Below, piece after piece: positions 1-13,296 of a stretch of DNA of 64,000 bases. The stretch lies in assembly GCF_018977255.1 (NCBI RefSeq), contig NW_024704742.1, positions 29,016,001-29,080,000 of the forward strand, read 5' to 3'. A model generated the notes under the pieces. It saw only the letters and a list, made by a program, of their open reading frames with translations, was not told the DNA's origin and searched no databases. The position numbers were made by a program, and so were the translations under genes. Position 1 is the stretch's first letter; each line of letters begins with the position of its first letter. The stretch comes from Callorhinchus milii (lineage: Eukaryota).

Positions 1-284
1 TTGAATTGGAACCACGCCTGATTTGTTCTCAATTAGCTAACGCTCTCAATAAGGACGCTTTGTGTTCTGGCATCCGTTGCTGTCGGGGTCTTATTGGCAG
101 CGTTTTACTGCTTCCACTGCTGGCGGTGCATTTGCCAATGTTGGCAGCAAATGTGTAATATTCCCTGATTGTCAGTAGATTCAAGCCCCTGGCTTCTCAT
201 TCTATGATGAGAAAATCTTGTGCTGGATCTCGTCTGAGATATATATTTTCATGGTAAAATCGTAAATGTAATTGGACGCTTTCT

Positions 285-645
285 TCAGGAGCTATAGAGG
301 GGTTGCAGAGGAGATTGACCAGGATGATACCAGGGATGAGTGGTTTGACCGATGAGCAGAGACAAGAGGAACTGAGACTGTTTTCATTGGAGCAGAGAAG
401 GTTGAGGGTTGATCTGATAGAGGTCTTTATGTTATGAGTGGTTTCAATAGAGTCAATAAGGAGAAATTCTCTCTACGGGTCAATGAGTCACTGACTAGAG
501 GGCATCAATTCAAGATAGTTACCAAGAGAGAAAGTGGAAGAGATTAGGAGAATTTTTTTTACACAGAGAATTGTTAGGATTTGAAATGCACTGCTGGGTG
601 TAGTGGTTGAGGCATAATCCATATTAGGTTTTAAGAGGAACAGAT
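285..645 (+). mobile_element. CR1 LINE, degenerate 3' ORF2 fragment
   Basis: Reads like LQRRLTRMIPGM...ELRLFSLEQRRLRVDLIEV, homologous to the CR1 copies at 22832 and 42765. Confidence 0.8.
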
Positions 646-1309
646 AGACTCTAAAAAGTAATACAATGGAGATTCATTGAGATCTATAAAGTCCCAGCCT
701 GTGTTGCGGTGAATTGCAATAGCAGGTTTGAATGTGCAACGTGGGATTTAAAAACAGTTAGAGAGGTATCCGACAAGACAGAAGAGTAGAGGAAGGGAGT
801 TCCATAGGTTAGGAAAGTAGAATTTGACGCAGAGATTTATTAAAATTTGGAATGCTTTTTCACTAATGACATCTGGAACAACATCCATAACAACATTTAA
901 AAGGCAATTAAATAAATACTTGAGAAAAATAATATTAGCGTGAACAGGAAAAGACCAGGGGAATTGGATTAAAGTAGTACAGGAAAATCTAATTATAACA
1001 AAGTTGGTTGTGTCCAATATCTCAGGGTCCACATAATAAGTGAGGTGGGAGAAAAATGTTCAATTTCCTGGCCATCTAGTCACTGCTGCTGCCCAGTGTG
1101 AGGGGCACTAGATAAATGCAAATTGTTGTTGTTGATGTTATTTTCTGCGCAGCCAGCAGGAAGTTACGTCACTGGCAATCTAACAACTAACAGGGCTATT
1201 TTGTAGTGGGAGAAGACAGCATGTCAACATCGGAAGCCAGATATACCGTACATCCAGTTAGCACAGGTCTACTGTATTCCCAGTTCTAAATGAAGCAGTT
1301 CTAAATAAA

Positions 1310-1510
1310 TCCTTCAAAAAAAAAGAAAGAAATTGGTCAGTCACTCATTCCACGACTGTTCGCGGGACACTGCTGTCCGCAATTGACTGCTGGTTTTCGC
1401 CCACAAAATGTACAGTGTATTTGCTTTACAGTATATTCTGTGAAGCACTTTGAGACGTCTGAAGACGTGATAAGGCGTTATATCAGAAGCAAGGATTACT
1501 ATTATTATTG
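1310..1510 (+). mobile_element. 3' half of Deu-domain SINE with (ATT)n tail
   Basis: gggacactgctgtccgcaattgactgctg...gtgaagcactttgagacgtct...gcaaggattactattatt; same as the 3' part of the 15034 copy. Confidence 0.8.
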
Positions 1511-1630
1511 TATCGAAGGGTTGTATAAAGGGATTTCCCTGTAGCTCCAGTGGAAGTGGGAGCATCAGCACAGATATTGTGGATTGAATGGCCTCTTTAT
1601 GTGCTGCAAGATTTCTGTGATTCTATTTAG
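1511..1630 (+). mobile_element. CR1 3' UTR remnant
   Basis: gcacagatattgtggattgaatggcctc followed by a ttctgtgattctat octamer-type tail. Confidence 0.6.
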
Positions 1631-3592
1631 TTTCTATTCCAACTCAATTATAGAATTCATTATTTACTTATTGATTTATCCAATGATTTGATTGCTTATG
1701 TGTTTATTAATTCATCTCCTCAAAGCACAGTAGTTGATGGATTAACCTCTTGTGAAATCTGACTGAATTCATATTTATTCAGCTAGTTTATTGCAGTTGC
1801 ACAGTAACTTCAATATTTGTTAACAATTATTAATGAGTCATGTTCTGGGTGACAACTTTTGGCAAGGGCATTTGCTGGCATATAAAAACATAGGCCCTGA
1901 AATACAGTGTGCAGAGCAGATATGGGGGTGGGGGTGGCTAAAAGTTTTGAGCTGGCTGGCATCAGCTAACTCAGACAGACCAGAGATCAGATTCTTAATG
2001 GTCTGAATAGATATCACTGCATTAATCTATCAACGGAATCTCTCCTCACTTTGCCCACTTGATTGAATCATGTTAAACTGTTTTCCTGAAATTTCTCATG
2101 GCTTTACATTGTTTTCCAGCACTATTGAATCCTGCACCCGAATTAATACTAAATGTAGGAATTTTATAAAATTCTGCACCAAATTAAATTCTATGGCAGT
2201 AGTTTTAAGGCTAAGAACATAGGAAAGATGGAACCTCAGACGTTTAGGCTACTACTCACCTTCTGAGCAAGGGGTAACAGGACTAGAGAATGCTTACTAC
2301 CTTCATCTATGACATATACATAGAATAACCCTGGAAACTTGGCACTTTAATGGCTGCAGCGCAAGCAAACTGAATCAATGGTGGGGGAGGAGTCTATATT
2401 TTATTGATCCATGAAAATAGTGGTATGTTCAAAGAAAGAAAATTACTTATGAATGTGCAAGTAAATGTCAGTTACACTTTGCTAAAATGAAAATGGATAA
2501 AAAGCACAGTTGAACATGACAAAACAGTCTGAAACAAGCTTGTATGGATTTTATCAAGCACTTCTGTAACACAGGGATTAGATTTGGGACTTGCTTAATA
2601 CCTCCACAATGCACAAATATCTCATGATCCCTTTTTTCTGTGTAAAATCATTTTCCCTTCAGTGTCCAAAGTTAGCAATAATGGCAAGCTTACAGTCACC
2701 TCAATGTCAGAATTCTGCTTTGGTTGCCTGCAAAATACACAGTCACTACATTTTACAGTATATCCTGTGAAGTACTTTGAGACGTCCTCCTGACATAAGA
2801 GGTGCTTTATTAGAATTACTATTTGAACCAGTGTCTACATTCTTAACAAGACTTCAATGCTAAACATCTGGAATTCAATACTTGTAGTGCATTTTAGGAG
2901 AATGAATGGCAATTCCATTCCTTCCATTATACACTCAAACCTCTGTAATTATACACCACGTTGGGCAAAACAACTTTATTAATATTGTAAAATATATTCA
3001 GTAGATCGACAACAGATGAAAGAATTTGATCAGATAGATGACTACTTACTAAAGGTAATGGGCGTAATTGCACCTCAGGGTTCAATGAATGAATGCTTGC
3101 AGCAGTAATGTAGACATTCTCATCTGGCAGGTTACACAGACGACGAGCATTTCATTTCCCATTCAAAAAGGTCTCATTAGGTCACTTTACTGATAGTACA
3201 TCAGAAATATTACAAGACAGGTACAAGAGGTCAATTAATTTGTCCCCTTTCAGTTCAGTGCAAGTCAACAGAAGGAAATTAAATTTCATAGCTGATGAGC
3301 CCAGTAGAAAAATGTAAGCATTTCTGCAATAGAGCTCACATAACAATGATTGCAACACAACAGAAGACAGATAACAATCATTACAGTACTATAGGCTGAA
3401 ATAAATAAAATAAATTAACTCTAGTGTACCAGATGTCATAGAGATATAAACGTGTGAATACAGAATATGCGGTTACTGCAAATAATGAAATTGCCTCAAC
3501 ATTATTGGTCTTAGAAAGCACTCTCGGGTTTAACAGGATTTTTGAGTTATCTGTTATTAAACTAATGTTCAATTGTATTTTTCCCCCAACAG

Positions 3593-3716
3593 AAATATAC
3601 CTCTTGCTATCTGCATATCAATGACAATTGTCACCATTGCCTATGTGTTAACAAATGTGGCCTATTTTACCGTAATGAATCCTCAGGAGTTGCTGGCATC
3701 TGAAGCAGTGGCTGTG
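3593..3716 (+). CDS. slc7a11: xCT cystine/glutamate antiporter, coding exon equivalent to human exon 7 (gene starts upstream of window)
   Basis: ttcccccaacAG acceptor, GTacgt donor, 124 bp; translates [41 protein letters not shown], matching human x[27 protein letters not shown]. Confidence 0.92.
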
Positions 3717-4263
3717 GTACGTAATATAAGGGTAAAAAATAAGATGTTTCTCAAGGGATTTGATGTGATAATTATCATATTGAATCTGTTGTGAAACACT
3801 GCATTTTTGGCTCCATAAACTTTAAGAAGTGAAATGCACGTGAAAGAACCTAATAGTGTTTCAGAATGTGAGAGATGCTTTTGTTTACAATTGACCGCAA
3901 AACAACTACATTACCGTTATTGCACTGAAGTAGCTTTCAACCACAGATGGAAGGTGGCTAGGAAAATTAGGCTGTTTTCAAAATATTATGATTGCTTGCA
4001 ACATTATGATTTGCTGAAATGGGCTGCAATCCAACAAACAGTGCAGTGTGATTTCTGTGGGAGCAAATCCTAAGGATTTAGTCCATTGACTTAATATAAT
4101 AATCCTCAACATTTCAAATGAGAGAAATGTGGAATTCAGATGACAGAGAGGGCTACAGGAGTTATTCCTCACACAAGGGCTTACCAAACACAACATTGTT
4201 CTTTAAGAGGATGTACGGAACTAAGATGATCACTGTAGCACCTTATTACATCAAAACATTAGA

Positions 4264-4530
4264 GGCCTGAAAAAAAAATCCACTTAGTTCTAACCTGTAA
4301 GGATATTTTGTCTTGAAATCACATTTCCCTTCATTCTCCCTCTCCTCACCCCACCCCCTCCCTCCGATCATATAGAATTGTGATAAATTCTTAATTTAGA
4401 TCCCAATTTTCTTAACTATTTCCTAAGAAAAAACATCTTTCAAACTCAGACAGCAATTATTTAGGAATTTTCCACAAGTAATTTTAAGGGAGTTTGATGT
4501 TATAGGCTGAAGCTAAGTGGAATTTGGGGC
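4264..4530. mobile_element. Palindromic MITE-like non-autonomous DNA element
   Basis: Left end gcctgaaa..tccacttagttctaacctgtaa is the imperfect inverted repeat of right end ttataggctgaagctaagtggaatttggggc. Confidence 0.6.
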
Positions 4531-6050
4531 ATCGGGGCTGAGCACTCCCACATCAGGTAGAGTATTGAAAGATGTTTCCTCTATTGTGCCTCAATAATGT
4601 GCTTTGACCTGAGCCTCACTATTGTATCAGTCTGAATCTTCCACCTTCCTCATCCAGCAAGCTAGCTCTATGGCCTCTCTGACATTTACAATTTAAGACA
4701 ATTCTGTACTGTACTCCAGTTCACTAAAAGTATAGACCTCTCCTCTTCAAAACTCATTTCACATAGAGCTCTTATAACCTAAATGGAAGAGTAAATGGAA
4801 GAGGCTTTCATCATGCCATCCGGGCTGCATTCAAATCTAAATCTCAGAATTGAATGGACAGTGTGCAAACACTCTGTGTTACCCATTTCACAGACGACAA
4901 GACCCGAATGGTCTTCTGTGCTGTAAATTTCTAATTTCTATCAGGAGTAGTTTAAAATATTCTACAGTGAAACAACCAAAGTCTAATTTTAAAAAAAAAA
5001 GTCCGAAGCTCCAAACCTCTGATCAACAATCTGTTCTTCGTGGGCCACTGCAATCCTGTGAATTTCATTCTTTATTCCTGCCAAGGAAATTTTCAAGGCC
5101 GAAAGAAAAGAAACATTTTCTTTCAAATGTATTGCTCTCATGAGAAAGGTCTCAATAAATTGCTCGGAACGTTATCACACGTGAGCTCTCAGGTCATCCT
5201 CGTTGAATCAGCGCTGTCCTCCTTTGTCCTCTGAGCTCTTATTTGCATAATTAATGTTTGCAATAATTATAAAGTGGGAAATTTAGTTAGAATCAGGCAA
5301 ACACAGAACTGCGTGGTTGTTTAGCAAGCAACAGCTTAGCTTTTGGAAAGGTGAGAATTCGGTTATTGGAGTTTAAAAACAGTTTGAATGCCAAAAGTCC
5401 ATTCTCATTAGCATGTTACCTATAAAATACAGTCATTGCACTTCAGCATTTATCCTGTGAAGTGATTTGAGACATGCTCTCCACTTAAAGATGCTATATC
5501 ACAAGTAAGGATTAGTATCTCTTTCTGAAAAAATGCCTCGGTACATAAAGTGCATCTCCAGCAGGGAGCTCCATATATGTATGTCACATTGACAGATGAG
5601 AATTCTGTACCAATGCAGTCTTGAGTCAGAGTCAAGGTCTGACACGGGTCTGCAGGAGGTACATGAAGTTCTCTGGAGATGCACTTCATGTCACGAGACA
5701 CATATATCTTTGTGAGGTACGTTTACAATTCAAAAGCTTTTTCAATCCCTCCCTCTTTATCAGCAGAACAAGAATAATCAACTGAACTACTCCTTCATCT
5801 TTAGCATTTATAGACATTCCCGACTGTTACCAGGGGTTTCATGACTTGTTTGTATTTATTTACAATGGTTATCTGGATGGAATAATTATTTTCTATGTTT
5901 TGTTTTGAAATGTAGAAAATTGCCTTCTGGTTGCAATTGCTTTGCAGATGAATACATTTAGGATTGTGTTATTGTACCTGCATTCAGTAAGTAATTTAAT
6001 AGATCACCATATGTGACATATTTGATTATAACCACAATTCAATTTCACAG

Positions 6051-6154
6051 ACCTTTGCAGAACGGTTATTGGGAAAATTCTTTATAGCAGTCCCAGTATT
6101 TGTGGCTCTTTCCTGCTTTGGGTCCATGAATGGAGGCATCTTTGCAGTGACCAG
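6051..6154 (+). CDS. slc7a11: xCT coding exon equivalent to human exon 8
   Basis: tttcacAG / GTgagc, 104 bp, phase-compatible with neighbours; [35 protein letters not shown]. Not in the ORF track; read directly. Confidence 0.93.
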
Positions 6155-6224
6155 GTGAGCACTAGCAATCACTTTGCAAACTATTGAAGACTAAACATCA
6201 TACAGTTTGGGACATGATATATGC

Positions 6225-6303
6225 AAGCGACTGCCAGGATGGCGGAAGTTGAACTGGATGGACTTTGGTCTTCTTTCGTCTAGCAATTCTTATGTTCTTA
6301 TGT
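6225..6303 (+). mobile_element. CR1-type 3' terminus
   Basis: ctggatggactttggtcttctttcgtctagcaa followed by (ttcttatg)2 tail. Confidence 0.55.
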
Positions 6304-7377
6304 AAGACCAGTCATTGGACCATAAGTTAATCTTCTCCCACCTTCAGTTTAAGTTTCTGGACAAGAGAGAATGTTGTTTTGAATGGTTCCCACAATTGCC
6401 CAGCAAATGTACTTTGAAGTGTCCTCCCACGCGAAAGCCGTTATACCAAATGTAAGGATTGTTATTTTTATTATTATTATGATGATTTATCATAATTTAT
6501 CATTGAAATTATGATTTTAGGCATTAAAACTTTGTTTGAAATTGAAGTTTCCTTCATAGGACCAATTTGCAGAAGCCAAGGAGAGGAAATGGAGGTGTGG
6601 GGTGANGGGGGGGGGAATTATGATAATTAGCCCAAGGAATGTATCCTGAAACATCAGACATTTCACCCTGTTTGTGCCAAAACAAAAGTAGGCATTTGGA
6701 AAATTGTATAATTATTTAACTGTAGCAGAGGTCCAGCCTTGGGCAGAATCTTATTCAGGGCCTTAAAAATGTATCATTCAATTCTGAACTATTCTGACTT
6801 AGCATTGTCAGGGTTTTTACAATTCAGATATTTTGTCAATGCCACAATGACTTAATAGACAGTCGGGTACCTGAATCAATTCAATATACTGTCAAAGAAG
6901 AGCAGCATTAGCAAAGGTAATGCAGTGATATATGCAGTCAATTCACTATATAGTATATTCTGTGAAGCACTTTGAGACGTCTCGAAGATGTGATAAGGCA
7001 CTATAACAAATGCAATTACTTATTGGTATTAATCTATCTAACCAGGTGGGTTATATTAGTTCAATTACGCTGGAAAATATCCTATCCATCTTGTTCTACC
7101 CTGTGAGAAAACATCTTCTAATGACAGAATTTTATAATGTCTTTGAAATGACTCGAGGACTAAGGGGAAATCAGTTGTTCCTTCAAATGGAAGCATACAA
7201 ATCAAATTAGCATTTCTCTTTTAAATAACTAAATAAAATCCCTCCACATAACTGGCAGCAGAAAATAAAATTATGTTATGTAGATTTATTGGGGTTTGAG
7301 TCATTCATTGTATATTACCTAAATGTGAGCGAGACAGACAGAGAGGGAGACAATTGCTTGCACATGTTCTGAATTTT

Positions 7378-7680
7378 AGTGGCTCAGTTGGTAGCAATCT
7401 TGCCGCTGGGTCAGAAGCCCCACATCAGGGATTCTGAGCTCACAGTCTAAGCCGACATTGTAATATCATGTTTGGGGAGTGCTGTATTGTTTGAGATGCT
7501 TTCTTTTGGATGAAATGTTAAACAGAGTTCTTTTCTGCCTGTAAGAAATCTTCATGCTCTTCGAAAAGAGAAGGGAGTTTCTTCTAGTGTGAATTGGTCA
7601 TTCACTTCCTAGCTGTTTGTGGGACAATGCTGTGTGTAAATTGGCTACCCCGTTATAATAATTACAGTAAAGTGCTTGTG
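7378..7680 (+). mobile_element. Old DeuSINE (SacSINE1/AmnSINE-like)
   Basis: tRNA-like head ggctcagttggtagcaatcttgcc, central ggatgaaatgttaaac and Deu motif gctgtttgtgggacaatgctgtgtgtaaattggct. Confidence 0.7.
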
Positions 7681-7915
7681 ATATTGTGGATTTGGGCTCT
7701 AAGTCAAATCCAAAGATTTTTAATACAAAACAATTATGTTGAAAAGAAAAGCAGCCACGGTGCTAAATTCTAGCAAACACTTGGATTGGATTTGAATTTA
7801 GTGTTTGCAGTGAGCCTGCAGGTCTTGTAAGCTGATGTTTGTTGGTAATGAAAAGTGTGCAAAATACTGGTACAGTGCTTATACCTAACCAACTATATGT
7901 GACTTATCTAAACAG

Positions 7916-8012
7916 AATGTATTATGTTGCTTCTCGGGAGGGCCATCTTCCAGAAATCCTCTCCATGATCAATGTCCGAAAACATACTCCTCTTCCCGCT
8001 GTCATTGTTTCG
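7916..8012 (+). CDS. slc7a11: xCT coding exon equivalent to human exon 9
   Basis: aaacAG / GTaaga, 97 bp; [32 protein letters not shown]. Confidence 0.93.
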
Positions 8013-8969
8013 GTAAGAAAACAACTTGCAAGTGTTTCGAGATCGTCTCATCCACCGCTTTATATCTTTTTCATTTGCATAAAACAGTCTTTCATGCCTC
8101 CCTGGCACTAACGCACTGTGACAATTATCACATGTAAGCCAGTGGGCTTTAATGTTGTGCCAATACATTTTTTGTGCGATAATCTTAATTTACCAACTCA
8201 AATTGCTCCTACTAATTACCACCACAATTGGCAGTCATGCCACAGACCAGATCAAAATGTTCTCTCCTGACACAAGGACAAAATCTATAATCTATAATTT
8301 TCGGATGAGTATTTTTCACATTTCAAATGTACATTAGCACTAAGATTTCCCACACTCACTCTTATGCTTTACTGAATTCCTGCTGCATTGGAAACTGGTT
8401 ATTAAGCACCACCTGCTAAATATTGTGCACATTTAAAGTTGTGTTAATGTTAGTGCAACATGGTTAGAGTTTAGAAATAGGGAAGGGGAAGAGGGGAGAT
8501 AAACCTCAGGAATCGAGCAATAACTCACTTGCAGAGCCTGCTGCCTAGTCATCTGACTCTTCATTCAGCAGAGTCACCAGTGACCTTCATGTGTCCTCTC
8601 TGTTGCACTGGGATCTGCTCCTCACCGTTGGAAAGAACAATGGGAACAGATCATCAACAAAATAGTAGCTAATTCTTCAATTAAATTCTTCAATCAGCTA
8701 ATGCAGGCTTGAACTGTCAAGCACTAAGCCGCTCACCTGTCGAACTCCTCGTCTCTGTCGCTCCACCTCATCCCCTCTCTATTGGTCTTTAGAATCACAC
8801 CTTTAGATCTAACTCTTCAATTATACTTACGGTCAAGTACCTATGTTTGCATCCAACCCTGCCACTATGAAGCGCTCCGAAACACTACATAAATGCAAGT
8901 TGTTGCTGTTGTTCAATCTTGCTGTGCGATTGATATGAATCAACATTTTTAAATTTGTATCTTTCACAG

Positions 8970-9119
8970 TATCCTTTGACAGTGTTATTGATGTTTATGA
9001 GTGATATCTACAGTCTTTTAAACTTCTTGAGCTTTGCCCGGTGGCTTTTCATTGGTCTGTCTGTTTCTGGTCTGATTTACCTCCGGTACAAGCGCCCAGA
9101 CATGCCGCGCCCATTCAAG
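8970..9119 (+). CDS. slc7a11: xCT coding exon equivalent to human exon 10
   Basis: ctttcacAG / GTaatg, 150 bp; [50 protein letters not shown] with the xCT-typical SFARWLF. Confidence 0.94.
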
Positions 9120-9163
9120 GTAATGTCCATCACCAGTTATTCTGTAGAGTGATTCTTGAGAAG

Positions 9164-9198
<35 letters not shown>

Positions 9199-9539
9199 CC
9201 TTGTATTTGATATAGCGCCTTATCATGTCTTTGAGACGTCTTAAGATGAAAGAAAGGAAATGAATATTTGAACATTACAGAGGTGATTTTCTGACCATCC
9301 GTGAATTTGGCAACTTTGAAAATGTCAACTTATAATGGGGGGGAAATCACCTTCTGTACCTTTGCCTTTCTTTACATGTTGGAAGATATTAATTATGTGT
9401 ATCACTGTAGAGTGTCTAAAGTGTTCCTGGACAGCTTGCAGGAATGGGTCGATTGCCTCATCGCTGTTGGTTGTACATTGCTGGTGACTACTCTCATGGG
9501 TCCAGTGTGCGATTGTGAGGGATAGGGCCACAGGCAACA

Positions 9540-9860
9540 ACGTCATTGGGTACCTGGCCCACATGGTCATTCCTTCATGTATGGCCCTGGAGACTGAGCA
9601 TTGATGGACTCTGTGACACCATAGCTGAGCCTCAACTGGATCTCACTCAACATCCATGTCGGGGGGGAGGAGGGAAGGAGTCAAGGGATAATAGTCATTA
9701 GAGGGAACCCTGGCTGGCTTTCCCCCCCTTGCAGTCCAGGAACGCTGAAGCCAATCATTGTGCACTCTCCACAACCACAGATGAGGTCATTTAAGACCCG
9801 GACTTGAACCTGGGATTTTCCCTCACTCCAGATGCACACCAGTGATCAGATACATTTAGC
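9540..9860 (-). mobile_element. Old tRNA-headed SINE-like repeat, second family
   Basis: B-box-like GGTTCAAGTCC on the minus strand near 9800-9810; body similar to 20650-20935 and 47270-47545. Confidence 0.5.
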
Positions 9861-12090
9861 TCCTAATGTCATCATAGGAGAAAGTTGCATTGTTTTTGAC
9901 TGACGTCATTGGTATCAGAATGAAAATACACCCTTCTCTCAGCTGGGGCAGAATTGGGTAAAAATTCCATTCAGTATTACATCAGCCCATTCTATAATGC
10001 AAAGCTATACGTGGCCAATATACATAACGTTGAACAGTATTTTTACCCTAATGTAGGCAAATTCATCACCTTTCAGGCTTATCCCTGACTATCTACATAA
10101 GCATTTGTTTTTGTGTCACGGGTCATGTTTCATCTTGAACAATGTGAATGCAAATACTGATAATTTCAGGCCATTTGAAAGTAAAAGATTTTTTTCTGAC
10201 ACAGAGCAACAGAGCAATGGATTTGTCAAATGTCCATTGGAAGCAAAAATGCCTCATTATGACCAAACCTTTATTGACCTATGACAAAAAGGCAACTGGG
10301 TGACAAATCTGTGGTCTCAACAGCACCAACAAGCGCAGGCAATATCACATTATGAAAAGAACACACTGGCATGGCTTGAGGCATTGCAATCACTCAGCAT
10401 TGTAACTCCTTCCCAGCAGCAAAGTGCTAAAAGGCCACACAGTAAAGACAGAAATGAAATAATCACATTCAATTTTACAGCGCTTTTAAAAATGCTAGCA
10501 CACATCATTTCATGCAGGATATTTTTAAAAATGCAAATGGATACACAGCGGTGTAGTAAATTACATGGGCTGCTTTTCCTGCTGAACATTTTACCCCCTG
10601 AGACTACTCAGTAGTATGATTGACAGCTCTCCTGGGATTGGAGTCCTTTTCCTCCTTAAAATAGATGTATTTAAGTAATTAATTATTTATATATAAAAAT
10701 ATGCTTTTTCAACAAAAAAACAGTCATTTGGGGTAATTTAACACGAAATGGACGAAGTCGAGTTGCTGAAATCTTGCAAAAGTGCTCAGTTAGCTCTAAA
10801 TGATAGAGAGAGAGCAGCTAACTTAACATCAAAACACATGAAGACCCAATGCAGTCATCAGTTGAGCTGACACCGCCACACCATGCCAATCCCAGTTCAC
10901 AAAGGCTCCATGCGAGACCGAATGACAATTTTTTTGCACTGATCAATCATCCTCTAAACAAAAAGCTCATTCATGTCAGATACTACTTACTTTGCACATA
11001 ACCTAAGACTGGCAGTGTTCCAAGGAAAACACATTTTCTCTCAAATTACCTTATAAAATAGCATGGCGCCACTCGCCTGATTGTAGTTAAAGTGCATGTT
11101 GCTTTCCTCAAATGTGGCTCATTTCATATTTCGCCTTTTGCCTACGAGGGTGGTGCAGAGCAGATTTCTAACAAAAGCCTCATTCAAGTTCCATTGAATT
11201 ATTATTGTGCTGAGTGATGGATATGGAATAACATATCACTGTGAGTGTGCTGTAAGACAGTAACACGTCCAGATGTTCTGGCCATAAACTGCACAGCAGA
11301 GCTCAAAATGTTCATCAATGCCACCTGAACCACAGGATTTTCATTGCCTTGAACTGAACTCTCATAGGGATTTTGTTTTAATTCTTTGGCGGTCTGACTT
11401 CTCCTGAATTAACCTGCTTTATGCCTGGGTTCCGTGTTATACTTCACTTACAGCTTATTAAACTAAATGGTGCTCCTTTCATAAAATAAATGGTGGTCTA
11501 ATGCTGTATGCTGCATACTTTCTGGCCCCATATCAGTCTGCATTTTCAAAAGTAAAGAGGTGGACAGCTTAAATTTAGTGGCGTCCACAAAACAGACATA
11601 AAAGTTGAGTTAAGTCCGCCTTTCCCTAGCTGCCACAGAAATGCTGGTATCAGAGCACCGGCAGGAATCGCCTGCTGGTTGGCTCAATAACTGCAAGCTT
11701 TTGGGGCAGAACCATTCGAACCAAGTTGGGTTTGCTCACATGGCTATCAGCTGGGACATCTGGGAGAGGAGCTAGCTACATAAGGGTAAATTGTGTTGCA
11801 TTGCATTGTATTGAAGGAGTGGAATGCCGTACATTGTGACATTTATTACATATAAGTTTTCCAAGCCTAAATCCCGCAGAAGTACTTGCAGGATAGCTTT
11901 ATTATAGGAAAAATGTGGTCTGAAGTGGAGCTTGTTCTTGTTAGATCTGCCCTCAAGGATAGCAACTTGTATTGTTCGTACAGCAAAAGCTTAACCAAGT
12001 TTAACCAGATTCTTTCGGTGTTTGTGATGTTTGAATATTACCATACATCAGATCTGCCTTATTTCTAACAAACTCTGCTTGTTGTTGCAG

Positions 12091-12268
12091 GTCCCTCTGT
12101 TTATTCCCACTTTCTTTTCTTTCACCTGCCTCTTCATCGTAGCGCTGTCACTTTACGCTGACCCCACCAATGCTGGCATTGGATTTGCCATCACGCTGAC
12201 TGGAATCCCTGCCTACTACCTATTTGTAGTGTGGGACAGCAAGCCAAAGTGCTTCCAAAAATTGATGG
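12091..12268 (+). CDS. slc7a11: xCT coding exon equivalent to human exon 11
   Basis: gttgttgcAG / GTaagt, 178 bp; [59 protein letters not shown]. Confidence 0.94.
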
Positions 12269-12374
12269 GTAAGTAATATAAAGCATTCATCCGCCCATAA
12301 CATAAGCCTGTGTTTCTACTCTATACTACAGGAGAGCCCTGTTGAAGTGCCCTTCAATATAACACTGCCTCACT

Positions 12375-12518
12375 TTTTTCAATAAAATTTATTTATTGGT
12401 ATAAAATATACTTACACTTGTCTCATAAATAACAAACTCGTAACAGCAAAAAAAACACAACTCTTCCGTAACCCATTACAAAATTCCCCTTGTAGCAGAG
12501 CCCTATTTCTTTGCGCTC
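12375..12518 (-). mobile_element. 144-bp 5'-truncated poly(A)-type retroposon end (L1/Tx1-like) with 16-bp TSD
   Basis: Flanked by ataacactgcctcact (12359-12374) and ataatactgcctcact (12519-12534); minus strand ends ccAATAAAtaaattttattgAAAAA. Confidence 0.75.
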
Positions 12519-12887
12519 ATAATACTGCCTCACTCATAGCACAGGTCAGCTGTAGTCTTATGCTAACTGGAAACATGCTGCACCAGCTTCAAGTTAAAAA
12601 TAAATGGCTGACTTCTGGGTCATCAGGACACTCAGGATGTCACTTCCTGCACATTGCACCCTACTACATTAGCATCACTTCCTACACTCCAAGCATGCAT
12701 GCCTGTGTAAGAAGCCCCGCTTCTTTACTTTGCATAAGAAGGGGCATTGGCAGTACTTCCTGTGCATAATCTGTATGCGCTCAATGCAAATGAAGTGATA
12801 TCAGCAACGACCAGATATCAATCCAGATTTCAACCGCTGAAACATTTGAACCAACTGAATGTCCCTATATTAAGTTTATCCTGTATT

Positions 12888-13120
12888 TAATAATAATAAT
12901 CCTTGCATTTGATAGTAGCACCTTATCACATCATTGAGACGTCTCAAAGCGCTTCACAGGATGTACTATAAAGTGTAGTGACTGTGTATTTTGTGGGCGA
13001 AATGGGGCAGCCAATTGCGCACAGCAGTGTCTCACAAACAGTCATGGAGTGAGCAACCAATTTTATTTGGGGAATTACTGGCCAGGACACTGGGAGAGAG
13101 AAACTTCCTTCTCTGTTAGA
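12888..13120 (-). mobile_element. DeuSINE 3' half
   Basis: (AAT)n ccttgcatttgata tail, Deu motif cagccaattgcgcacagcagtgtctcacaaacag. Confidence 0.8.
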
Positions 13121-13296
13121 AATAATTTAGAATGTACTATTAATCATGCAATTTCTGGTTCCTTCAATGCCCTAGTGGGTAAAGGCATTATCCTGCTTAG
13201 TGGATGTATATACTTATGTTTTTTTAAGTTATAGTGAGAATATATGTCATCTGTCTAATAGTATTGTGGTTATACATACCTGTATGCCTAATGGTA

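Noticed and set aside
1-3592. slc7a11 exon 6 equivalent (WFYLNFVTEE-like)
   Set aside because: Searched by eye and not found; it probably lies upstream of the window.
6601-6616. G-run containing an N at 6606
   Set aside because: Assembly ambiguity in a homopolymer, not a biological feature.
6795-6804. NRF2 antioxidant-response element TGACTTAGCA in the intron after the exon 8 equivalent
   Set aside because: xCT is an NRF2 target, but a single degenerate short motif is expected by chance in 64 kb; conservation or ChIP data would be needed.
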